Below are positions 1-8,282 of a stretch of 31,469 nucleotides of DNA, piece by piece. Origin of the DNA: a virus (lineage: Duplodnaviria; Caudoviricetes); the IMG/VR virus record IMGVR_UViG_3300044580_000297, positions 1 through 31,469 of that record. One strand, given 5' to 3'. The notes under the pieces are model-generated. The model did no database searches. It was not told the DNA's origin and saw nothing but the letters and a program-made list of their open reading frames with translations. How positions within the stretch are numbered: position 1 is the stretch's first letter; each line of letters starts with the position of its first letter. The translations under genes and the position numbers were made by a program.

Positions 1-1
1 G

Positions 2-1066
2 CAATGGCTTGTTGAAAAAACAGGTATACCGTTTGAATACAAAGAAGAACTTGATGAAGAACTTGAACCTGTAAATAAAGAACAAATAGATGGAGAACTT
101 AATCAAAATTTAAATAATAAAATTAATATTGATAAAGAATTAAAAGATAATTTTAATTTTGCTGATGATGTTGAAATTATAATAGAACAACAACCACGAC
201 AAGAGAATGAATTGGAGAAAAAATATAATTTAGCAAGTTGGAATAATGCTTTAGATGAATATAAACAAATATTTATTAAAGAGATGAAAAGTGAATTACA
301 ATTCCAGATTGATAGGATAAAAAGATATTTGATTAAAAATCTTAATGCAACTAATTATATGCAAATTGTCAATGATATAGAAATAAAGAAGTCTCCTATT
401 AAAAAAATATTTAGTAATTATTTAAATTCTGTTTATGAATATGTGATGAGAAATTTTCAAAACACTGAATGGCAATTTAGTGAAATTGATACTTTTATAG
501 GATTTAGGATTAATGTTGTTGCTGGTAAACTGGTTAGTGATTTAGAATCATCTATAAAATTACAGATAAGTAATGATATGGCAGCAAGTAAAGCACAAGT
601 AGAGATATTAGATAGGATAGGTAATACTACATTGGAATCTTTTTTAACTTCACGGATGCCAGTAATAGCAGAGACTGAAATTGGATTTGTATTAAATAAA
701 AGTGTTGATTTTTATATTAAACAAAATTTGCAAGCTGTTAAAAAGGGTATAATTGATGAAATGAAAAAAATTGAACGTGTGCGGTATAGTGCAATACTTG
801 ATGGCAGAGTTTGTCCATTTTGTAATAAAATGGATGGGACAGTAGTTGAAGTTGGTAGTGCTGTTTATTATCGGTTTAGTCCGCCTATACATTATAATTG
901 TAGATGTGTATGGTTACCGATTACTACTGAAGAAATAATAAATCCACGTTATGAATACACTGATTTAACAAAAAATGAAAAAGGACGTACTATTAGTGTT
1001 GATGATATTATGCGTAAATTAGGGAAAGATAGTGAATTAAAAACTTTTAGTGATTTGGAGATATAA
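2..1066 (+). CDS. 5'-truncated CDS: probable portal (DUF935/Mu gp29-like) C-terminus fused to phage head morphogenesis protein (SPP1 gp7/MuF-like)
   Basis: The frame of ORF 212..1066 is open back to position 2 (QWLVEKTGIPF, then an acidic linker). The C-terminus has the MuF motif AILDGRVCPFC...PPIHYNCRC. Confidence 0.8.
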   Translation, partial: QWLVEKTGIPFEYKEELDEELEPVNKEQIDGELNQNLNNKINIDKELKDNFNFADDVEIIIEQQPRQENELEKKYNLASWNNALDEYKQIFIKEMKSELQFQIDRIKRYLIKNLNATNYMQIVNDIEIKKSPIKKIFSNYLNSVYEYVMRNFQNTEWQFSEIDTFIGFRINVVAGKLVSDLESSIKLQISNDMAASKAQVEILDRIGNTTLESFLTSRMPVIAETEIGFVLNKSVDFYIKQNLQAVKKGIIDEMKKIERVRYSAILDGRVCPFCNKMDGTVVEVGSAVYYRFSPPIHYNCRCVWLPITTEEIINPRYEYTDLTKNEKGRTISVDDIMRKLGKDSELKTFSDLEI

Positions 1067-1068
1067 TT

Positions 1069-2640
1069 ATGCCTATACCAAAACCATATAAAGATGAACT
1101 ACATGATGAATTTATAAAACGTTGTGTGAGTGATGATATTATGGTAAAAGAATATAAAGATACGAAACAACGTTATGCGGTATGCCAAACAAGTTGGGAT
1201 AATAAGAAAAAGCTAAGTGAAGAATTGTTGGCTGAGTTTGAACCACCTGATGCTGGTAATGCACCGCAAATAGTTAAGGATATTTTAAAAGAGGCTTATA
1301 CAAGTTGCCGATTAGATTGGGTTGATAAATATCCCGATGATAAAGAAAATGCTGATAATAAAACTAAGTGTGCTAAAATTGCTTGGGCTGCTGTAGAAAA
1401 TGCTGGTTGGTATAAGGATAATAATAATGTATGGAAAAAGAAAGTGAAAATGGCTGAGATACAAGAAATTATTGGTGAGGATTATGTGGAATTAGATGAT
1501 ATTGAAATATTAAATGTATATCCTAATAGCCATAATATTAAATTCACAAAAAATGATTTGATAGAATTGAAAAATAATTTTGATAAATTAAAAACAGATG
1601 GTGAATTACTACCTATTATTAAAATAAGTCATTCCGACCAACAAATGATTTTGAAAAAATTATTTGATATTGATGAGATAGATAGTTGGGAAGAGTTACC
1701 TTTATTAGGTGTTGTTGATGATGTACAATTGAGTAAAGATGGTAATTCTTTAAGAGCTAAGATTGCAAGAATACCAGCAAAATTTAAAGACGTATTTGGA
1801 AAGATGTTTAAAGCTGTATCGCCAGAGATTGTTTTTAATTGGCGTGGTACAGGACAAAAAGTTTTACGTGCCGTTGCATTAACAAATATGCCATCACAAA
1901 AGCACATCACGGATGTTGCACTAAGCGAAGGTCTTAGTTGTGGTGACATAATAATAATAGATGATGAGGTAAAAATCATGGGTGATGTAAAAGACGTTAA
2001 AGATGGGAAAGATGTAAAATTTGATGAGACTTTTATTGAAAAATTGGCTGATAAAATATTTGGTGTTTTTTCTAAAAAAGAAATTGCACCAGATCCATCT
2101 AATGGTGAGAAGTCAAATCAAAATTCTAATTCATCTAATAATAAGGATGCTGTGTTACTATCTTTAGCACAGTACAATGAGATTAAAAATGAAATGAACG
2201 AACTAAAGAAAAAGTTGCTTGAAAAAGATGAGCAGCAGAAAAACTTTAGTGAGTCCATTATCAAAATGAGGGAGCAAGCCAGAATTGAGAAAGCTGAAGC
2301 TGTATGTAGTAAGGCTCTTAATGACGGCGTGCCCAAAGTGGTGATTGATAAGCTAAAACCATTATTGATGTCTGATATTGGTGAACACAAAATTAAACTC
2401 AGCAAAGTGGTTGATGATAAAACTATTGAAGCTGAAGTTAATGTGTTCGAGCTTGTAAAAGATTTCTTTACTAATTATCCTGGCCAGAAAATCGATATGT
2501 CCGAAAAGACAGTAACTGAATTGTCAGCACCGTCAGAAGACAAGATGAAATTAGTCAGGGCTAAGGCTCAGGAATATGTGAAGTCAGGGTTATCTGAACA
2601 CGAAGCCTTGATGAAAGCAGGCCAGGAAATTTTGAAATAG
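1069..2640 (+). CDS. Mu-like prohead protease/scaffold with N-terminal accessory domains (including ChaB-like)
   Basis: Mu protease-like AVSPEI...VLRAVALTNMPS, coiled-coil C-terminal half, ChaB-like AKIAWAAVENAGWYK, position upstream of the capsid genes. Confidence 0.8.
   Translation: MPIPKPYKDELHDEFIKRCVSDDIMVKEYKDTKQRYAVCQTSWDNKKKLSEELLAEFEPPDAGNAPQIVKDILKEAYTSCRLDWVDKYPDDKENADNKTKCAKIAWAAVENAGWYKDNNNVWKKKVKMAEIQEIIGEDYVELDDIEILNVYPNSHNIKFTKNDLIELKNNFDKLKTDGELLPIIKISHSDQQMILKKLFDIDEIDSWEELPLLGVVDDVQLSKDGNSLRAKIARIPAKFKDVFGKMFKAVSPEIVFNWRGTGQKVLRAVALTNMPSQKHITDVALSEGLSCGDIIIIDDEVKIMGDVKDVKDGKDVKFDETFIEKLADKIFGVFSKKEIAPDPSNGEKSNQNSNSSNNKDAVLLSLAQYNEIKNEMNELKKKLLEKDEQQKNFSESIIKMREQARIEKAEAVCSKALNDGVPKVVIDKLKPLLMSDIGEHKIKLSKVVDDKTIEAEVNVFELVKDFFTNYPGQKIDMSEKTVTELSAPSEDKMKLVRAKAQEYVKSGLSEHEALMKAGQEILK
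1978..2640 (+). CDS. putative nested in-frame scaffolding protein (internal start)
   Basis: GAGGT Shine-Dalgarno (1966-1970) precedes an in-frame ATG at 1978, just after the protease domain. Analogous to Mu I/Z. Confidence 0.55.
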   Translation: MGDVKDVKDGKDVKFDETFIEKLADKIFGVFSKKEIAPDPSNGEKSNQNSNSSNNKDAVLLSLAQYNEIKNEMNELKKKLLEKDEQQKNFSESIIKMREQARIEKAEAVCSKALNDGVPKVVIDKLKPLLMSDIGEHKIKLSKVVDDKTIEAEVNVFELVKDFFTNYPGQKIDMSEKTVTELSAPSEDKMKLVRAKAQEYVKSGLSEHEALMKAGQEILK

Positions 2641-2652
2641 CGAGGTGGAAAA

Positions 2653-3069
2653 ATGGCTTATACAAGCGGATTAACAGAGCAAAAAGACCTGTTGAAAATA
2701 CAGGCATATGCCGAAGAGGCGATTGATGCGTATAGAATAGTGACTGGCGGAACTGCAACCGATGGGGTTGTGCTTGCTGATGATAGTAGTGTATTCCCAT
2801 TAGGGATAAGCGGCGATGCTGGTGAAGTAGGGAAAGATGCCTATGCAAGCGGTGATGCTGTGGCGGTGCGATATAGTGGAATAGCATATTGCAAGATGAC
2901 AGGTTCAGGAAACAGATTTGCACTGGTTATTGCAGGAACTAATGGAGTTGGGAAAGCACGCACGGTAGAAACTGGCTGGTGTGTTGGCATTGCAACAAAG
3001 AATTGGTCTGATGGTGAGATAATCCCAGTGATTATTCACCAGGTCTATATTGAAGGCGCAGGGTCATAA
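2653..3069 (+). CDS. capsid decoration/cement protein (DUF2190-like)
   Basis: 138 aa, Gly/Ala-rich beta protein (GDAVAVRYSGI...VGIA) between scaffold and capsid; GAGGTG RBS. Confidence 0.75.
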   Translation: MAYTSGLTEQKDLLKIQAYAEEAIDAYRIVTGGTATDGVVLADDSSVFPLGISGDAGEVGKDAYASGDAVAVRYSGIAYCKMTGSGNRFALVIAGTNGVGKARTVETGWCVGIATKNWSDGEIIPVIIHQVYIEGAGS

Positions 3070-3087
3070 GGTAGGAGGTGAAAAATT

Positions 3088-4041
3088 ATGAAAGGTGTGA
3101 CAAGATACGACGATTATTTAACCAATTTATCGTTAGCATATCCCCGGGGCAATTTAATAGGTGAGATAATAGCACCTATTGTGCCTGTCGATTTTTTCAG
3201 CAATAAAGTGTTCGTCGATGCTGATGATGCGATTATGCAGGTGAATGACTTAGCGGAAGCTGTGCCTTCCAATACTGTCGATAGCGAAGTTGGCACACCA
3301 TACAGTTACAGAACTACCAGGAAAGCCTTGAATGAAGTTATCCTGGACAAGGAACTAAGGAATGCAGAGCAAGTCGTAAGAGCAGAACAGAGAGTGACTA
3401 ACAAATTGACTAACAGACTGTTACTGAAACACGAAATGCGAGTTGCATCGATAGTCACCAACAGTAGCATAGTGACACAGTACACCGATTTATCGGCAAC
3501 AGGGCACAAAAATATCGATGAGACAGGCGGAAGCGATGAGCTGGAAAATGATATACAGCTTGCCGTAAAAACGATATACAACAACACAGGTGCAACAGCC
3601 AACACAATAGTCATACCATTTGAAGCCGCACTTGCGGTTGCTAATTTAGGGTTCGTTAAGGAAACATTAAAATATCAATATGGAATGGAAATTGTAACGG
3701 CTGGTTTTCAGGGGCAAGTGATGGCTCTTGTCGGACTGCCACCGATTATTAAGGGATTGAGAGTGCTTATTAGCAACGGAAGAGTGGCAACTTATAACAA
3801 GGGCAAATCGGCGTCTGTCGGAAATCCTTATGGTAACAATATTCTGATAGGGTATGTCCCAGACAATCCTGGAATTGACAGTATGTTTGGAATACTCACA
3901 ATGGAATATGATAGCCGAAAAGTCTATAAGGAAAGACAGACAGACCCAGCTGGAACTAAGGTTGTCGTCGAATGGGATTATGACATATTAAGAGCAGAGA
4001 TGAAATGCTGGTATATGTTAAAGAATGTCCTTTCGGCTTAG
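3088..4041 (+). CDS. major capsid protein
   Basis: 317 aa, strong AGGAGGT RBS, N-terminal D.YLTNLSLAY...IAPIVPV and C-terminal WYMLKNV typical of this capsid family, synteny. Confidence 0.85.
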   Translation: MKGVTRYDDYLTNLSLAYPRGNLIGEIIAPIVPVDFFSNKVFVDADDAIMQVNDLAEAVPSNTVDSEVGTPYSYRTTRKALNEVILDKELRNAEQVVRAEQRVTNKLTNRLLLKHEMRVASIVTNSSIVTQYTDLSATGHKNIDETGGSDELENDIQLAVKTIYNNTGATANTIVIPFEAALAVANLGFVKETLKYQYGMEIVTAGFQGQVMALVGLPPIIKGLRVLISNGRVATYNKGKSASVGNPYGNNILIGYVPDNPGIDSMFGILTMEYDSRKVYKERQTDPAGTKVVVEWDYDILRAEMKCWYMLKNVLSA

Positions 4042-4048
4042 GCGAGTA

Positions 4049-4149
4049 GGTTGGTGATAGGGCGATAGAGAGTACGGCTGGGCAGTTGAAGATGGAAGGT
4101 CAAAAGCTATGCAATGTAGCATTGGATACTGTCCAGCCACAACTCAACC
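4049..4149 (+). other. structured intergenic element downstream of capsid gene
   Basis: GGCTGGGCAGT (4076-4086) pairs with ACTGTCCAGCC (4128-4138); outer GGTTG/CAACC; inner short hairpin at 4106-4120. Confidence 0.5.
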
Positions 4150-4164
4150 ATAAGGGGGAAATAA

Positions 4165-4623
4165 ATGTTTTGTACTGTTGATGATATCAGAAAACTAACA
4201 AAAAAGTTGAATGATGTTGAAGTAGCCGACGAAGAGATAGAACAATACATTGCAGTTGCCGAAAAAGTTGTGATGGTTGATTTATCGCCGATTATCGATG
4301 CTGATAAATTGCAACAGGTGACAAATGGTCTTGCCTTAAGCTTGTTAACAAGTTACAAAACCTGTGAATTGATGTTGAGTGCATACTATGGTGCAAGTAG
4401 AAAAATTGATGAAGTGACTGACATACAATTTTTTCAGAAGTTGTATAATAAATTATTACAAAATATTGTAAATGGCAATGTGAAACTTGATGGTGCGAAT
4501 ATTATGACCAAAAGCTATCCTGCACTGGAAAAGAAGAGAACGAAATTATACAATGTCAAAGGCGAACAGACATTTTTTGGTGATGACAATAAAAGTGCGA
4601 ATGATGTGGAGTATGACGAATGA
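4165..4623 (+). CDS. head-tail adaptor (Mu gp36/DUF1320-like)
   Basis: MFCTVDDIR start, helical, YNKLLQNIVNGNVKL end motif; first gene after the capsid. Confidence 0.7.
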   Translation: MFCTVDDIRKLTKKLNDVEVADEEIEQYIAVAEKVVMVDLSPIIDADKLQQVTNGLALSLLTSYKTCELMLSAYYGASRKIDEVTDIQFFQKLYNKLLQNIVNGNVKLDGANIMTKSYPALEKKRTKLYNVKGEQTFFGDDNKSANDVEYDE

Positions 4624-5150
4624 TTGTCTATGGTCTTGATATACATAATAAGCAAGAAGTTATTAAATGGTTGAATAAGTTGCGTGAAGGGACTGGCGAT
4701 GCACGGCCGTTATGGATGGCGATGATACCAAAGATAAAAGAGTTTGTAAACTATGAATTTCATCCAACTATTGATAGTCACAAAGGTTGGGCAAGTTTAA
4801 AAGAAAAATATAAAGAAATGAAAATGAGAATGGGGCATGCGCCAGGCATAGGAGTAAGGAAAGGATGGTTGCGATATGGTGCTGGTGAAAAAGCAATAGT
4901 GAAAATGAATGAAAAAACGTTGATGTGGATATTAAATCCTAATCCGATGATTGAACATGAAGGCGAAGACTATTCTGTTGCATTTCATAAAGGGCATGAT
5001 AATGTTCCTGCAAGACCTATATATAAATACACAGCATTGAGAGTAAATAGTTTTTTGACGCTTGATGCTAAACGATTTTCTGATGGGAGTGTGCATGCTA
5101 ATTTTACATACAATTGGTTTAAATCAGTATTGGAGAAAAGCCTGAAATGA
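4620..5150 (+). CDS. virion morphogenesis/tail completion protein (Mu gpG/P2 gpS-like)
   Basis: D.RPLW, WASL...Y...K, FHKG...VPARP motifs; ATGA overlap. Confidence 0.65.
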   Translation: MIVYGLDIHNKQEVIKWLNKLREGTGDARPLWMAMIPKIKEFVNYEFHPTIDSHKGWASLKEKYKEMKMRMGHAPGIGVRKGWLRYGAGEKAIVKMNEKTLMWILNPNPMIEHEGEDYSVAFHKGHDNVPARPIYKYTALRVNSFLTLDAKRFSDGSVHANFTYNWFKSVLEKSLK

Positions 5151-5620
5151 AAGCATTGCTTGGAAAACTGACAGAACAAATAAAAAACAATGTTGCATAT
5201 CTGAATGAAAGTGGATATTATTGCAGAGATACCTTTGAATTAGTGCAATTGAATAAATATCCATTTTTTAATGTAATACCTACACCTACTACAACAATTG
5301 AAGTGAGTAGTCCTGCTGGGATAAATAATAAAGATATAGAACGGCATATTTATAATGTTACAATTCAATTTGCCACTCGAAGCCTTATAATTAATACTGC
5401 TTTAATGGGCGATGATGTAAAAAAGATTAAAGGCTTATTTGATGTATGGGCTGATATCTGGAACGCAATAAAAGTTGATAGGACGATCTCTGGAACGGTG
5501 AGTGGATTATTGCCTGCAAGTAGTATAAATTTTGATGTGGCACAGGATACAATTGACAAGTATTATATCGCAGTTGGGGAAGTGAATTTAAAGTTTTACA
5601 AGGATATAGCATTGTTATGA
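5147..5620 (+). CDS. probable tail terminator/completion protein
   Basis: YPFFNV...D.TISGTV pattern, size and synteny. Confidence 0.55.
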   Translation: MKALLGKLTEQIKNNVAYLNESGYYCRDTFELVQLNKYPFFNVIPTPTTTIEVSSPAGINNKDIERHIYNVTIQFATRSLIINTALMGDDVKKIKGLFDVWADIWNAIKVDRTISGTVSGLLPASSINFDVAQDTIDKYYIAVGEVNLKFYKDIALL

Positions 5621-6447
5621 TTGGAAGGGTTCGCTATATATGGGACAACAGGAATATATATTATAATGGCAAAATGAAGGACTTTATAAATAATGAAGTC
5701 TATGAAAACGAAATAACAGAATGCGCAGAATTGATACGGTCGGGAAAGTTTGTACCAGAAGACAATGAAACATTTGAAATGTTAAAGCAAATGTACGCCA
5801 CAACAAAATATAAACCGATTGAAAATATGTTGCAGGGAACAGATTGCTATATTATCGGAAGCGGAGCAAGCCTTAAAGATTTTGACTTCAATGCCATTTA
5901 TGGTAAAGGATATATCCTGGCGATTAATCACAGCGCAAAATATTGCAATAGCGATGCTATTATTTTTATAGATGAAAAATTTTATTATCAAAGCAAAGAG
6001 TTTTTGCAGGAATACAAAGGAACGATATTTGCAAGCTGGCAGAGCAACTATTGGCTGAATGCCTTAACAAGTGCAACGGTATATTATTTTAGCACCATAA
6101 GAGAAAAAACTTATAACGGCAGGCTACACTCACAATTTTACAAAGGATTATATGATAGTGGCAACACAGGGCTATGCGCAATACATTTGGCAATAATAAT
6201 GGGGGCTAAAAATATCTATCTATTGGGGTATGACCTGGACAGCAAAGCAAAAGAAAAACATTTTTATGATGAAAATGGGGTTGATAAATTTTCAAATGGT
6301 GGCAATTATAAAAAGGTTGAGAAGATGGCATCGTTGATTGAAAGGCATAGCAAATATTTTGGCAAGTATAGCCATATTTACAATTGTAATCCTAACAGTA
6401 AAATTGAATGCTACAAAAAGATAGCTATTGAAGGTGAAGCGATATGA
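5617..6447 (+). CDS. Maf/DUF115 (MptE-like) family putative nonulosonate glycosyltransferase
   Basis: CYIIGSGASL, LAINHS, IIFID, NTGLCAIHLAIIMGAKNIYLLGYD, IYNC motifs of this Rossmann-like family. Confidence 0.75.
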   Translation: MIGRVRYIWDNRNIYYNGKMKDFINNEVYENEITECAELIRSGKFVPEDNETFEMLKQMYATTKYKPIENMLQGTDCYIIGSGASLKDFDFNAIYGKGYILAINHSAKYCNSDAIIFIDEKFYYQSKEFLQEYKGTIFASWQSNYWLNALTSATVYYFSTIREKTYNGRLHSQFYKGLYDSGNTGLCAIHLAIIMGAKNIYLLGYDLDSKAKEKHFYDENGVDKFSNGGNYKKVEKMASLIERHSKYFGKYSHIYNCNPNSKIECYKKIAIEGEAI

Positions 6448-7079
6448 TATATTATGTCATACCAGCCAGGAAAGGAAGCAAGGGACTGCCATTTAAAAAT
6501 AGATTGCTATTCTGTGACACGGCGAACACAGTCAAGGATTATGGAAAGAATGTGATTGTATCAACCGATGATGAAGAGATAATGGTGATTGCCGAAAGGT
6601 ACGGCTTCACTATTAGAGAACGGCCAGCTGAATTTGCGCAAGACAATACAAAAATTAAAACAGTACTTCACGATATATTAAATAGTTTCAGAATGGAAGG
6701 CGATGACATAATAGTAATGCTCTATCTAACATACCCAGAGCGAACATTGCAGAACATACAGGATGCTATTCATTTTTTTGAAATGAATAATGGAAAGAGT
6801 ATGCTCTGTAAAAAGGAATGGAAGTATGTTCATCCTTGCCTATGTATGTACGATATGGGAAACAACAAGGGACAGCCATTATTTTATCACAGCTTTTATC
6901 GTCGCCAGGATTATCCAAAAGTTTTTCAGGTTAGCCATTTTATTGTAATTTTTAAAGTATATGAATTTAATAAATTAAATAATCAGCTCTATAATGAAAA
7001 TACAATCTTTATGCCAATTGAAGATTATATTGATGTCGATAGCCAGTCAGACTATGATAAATTTATAACAAGGAGTTAG
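6444..7079 (+). CDS. neuA: acylneuraminate (CMP-nonulosonate) cytidylyltransferase
   Basis: VIPARKGSKGLPFKN, VSTDDEEI, RPAEFAQD, RRQD, IDVDS..D motifs. Confidence 0.92.
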   Translation: MIYYVIPARKGSKGLPFKNRLLFCDTANTVKDYGKNVIVSTDDEEIMVIAERYGFTIRERPAEFAQDNTKIKTVLHDILNSFRMEGDDIIVMLYLTYPERTLQNIQDAIHFFEMNNGKSMLCKKEWKYVHPCLCMYDMGNNKGQPLFYHSFYRRQDYPKVFQVSHFIVIFKVYEFNKLNNQLYNENTIFMPIEDYIDVDSQSDYDKFITRS

Positions 7080-7084
7080 CTGAT

Positions 7085-7975
7085 ATGTGGATTGTTGCTG
7101 AAATCGGATGCTCACACGAAGGCGATGAAGAGAAAGCCAAGAAGCTTATTAATAATTGTGCAGAAGCAGGATTTACGCACGTCAAATTACAGAAACGAAC
7201 ACCAGAATTATGTGTCCCCAAGAGTATGTGGCATCAAAAAAAACAGATACCTTATGGTATAGTTGATTATATTGACTACCGCCATATTTTAGAGTTCAAT
7301 AAATATCAATATGAACGGCTTGCCAAATATGCAAATGAATGCGGAGTTATTCTTTTTGCATCGGTTAGCGATATACAGTCAGCTATCGATTTAAAAGATA
7401 TAGGAATGACAATTGTCAAGATACCGTCCCCAAAAATAGTTAATAAAGAATTACTAAACTATTGTCGGGATAATTTTGAATACAGGATTATGAGCACAGG
7501 GATGAGCACAGAAAGCGAAATTGAAAAAGCAATTGATATATTACAACCGCAGATAATCAATCATAGTGTCTCACAATATCCGACTTCAATGGAAAATTTA
7601 ACTATGGGCTATTTAAAATGGCTCAAAAATAAATATAAACATATCGATATAGGGTATAGTGGGCATAGCATCGAAAATGTTTCATCGATGCTTGCTCTAT
7701 GGTACGGCTCAATATACATAGAAAGGCATGTATGTTTCAATCGGGGAATAGACTGGATTAGCGATAACAGGATTAGTTTACAAGTGAATGAATATTATAA
7801 TTATGTCGGTAGACTGCTCATCGAAGTGAGCAAAATAGAAAGATACAGCGAAGATTTAAAAAATAAAAGGATAAATGAACTGGAAAATTTATTGCCGAAG
7901 GAAGCGTTACAGGGCAACAAAGAGCGGGAATTACTGGAATGCGAAATTGAAAAATATAAATCGTTGCGGGGCTAA
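7085..7975 (+). CDS. neuB: N-acetylneuraminate synthase family (PEP-dependent nonulosonate synthase), no obvious C-terminal SAF domain
   Basis: VAEIGCSHEGD, VKLQKR, KIPS, MSTGMS, HSVSQYPT, GYSGH, IERH motifs. Confidence 0.92.
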   Translation: MWIVAEIGCSHEGDEEKAKKLINNCAEAGFTHVKLQKRTPELCVPKSMWHQKKQIPYGIVDYIDYRHILEFNKYQYERLAKYANECGVILFASVSDIQSAIDLKDIGMTIVKIPSPKIVNKELLNYCRDNFEYRIMSTGMSTESEIEKAIDILQPQIINHSVSQYPTSMENLTMGYLKWLKNKYKHIDIGYSGHSIENVSSMLALWYGSIYIERHVCFNRGIDWISDNRISLQVNEYYNYVGRLLIEVSKIERYSEDLKNKRINELENLLPKEALQGNKERELLECEIEKYKSLRG

Positions 7976-7977
7976 TT

Positions 7978-8280
7978 ATGATATATTGTTTCGACATAGA
8001 CGGCACATTGATTAGCACAGTCTATAACAAAGATAAAGGGTATAGCATCCAATGGTTTGCAAACGATATGATCAAAATGATAAATTTATTATATGATGAA
8101 GGGCACACCATAATAGTACAGACTGGCAGACATTGGAATTGGTTTCAACAGACACAACAGCAACTAAGTGAAATAGGGCTGAAATACCATACTCTGATTA
8201 TGGGCAACGTTGTGGCTGATTATTATATTAACGATAAAGGTTTAAAACCTAACGAGTTTATTAAAATGCTGGAGGATTAA
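7978..8280 (+). CDS. small capless HAD-family phosphatase (capsule-biosynthesis type)
   Basis: FDIDGTL, TGR, ADYYINDK HAD motifs in 100 aa. Confidence 0.85.
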   Translation: MIYCFDIDGTLISTVYNKDKGYSIQWFANDMIKMINLLYDEGHTIIVQTGRHWNWFQQTQQQLSEIGLKYHTLIMGNVVADYYINDKGLKPNEFIKMLED

Positions 8281-8282
8281 AA

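Noticed and set aside
4042-4164. tRNA or known riboswitch (e.g. c-di-GMP)
   Set aside because: No cloverleaf/T-loop and no convincing match to consensus motifs I can recall; kept only as an unassigned structure.
5617-8280. Cassette as host capsule-locus contamination or DNA-hypermodification genes
   Set aside because: The genes are translationally coupled to phage tail genes on both sides, with no export/polymerase genes and no nucleotide-modification partners nearby. Disfavoured but not formally excluded.
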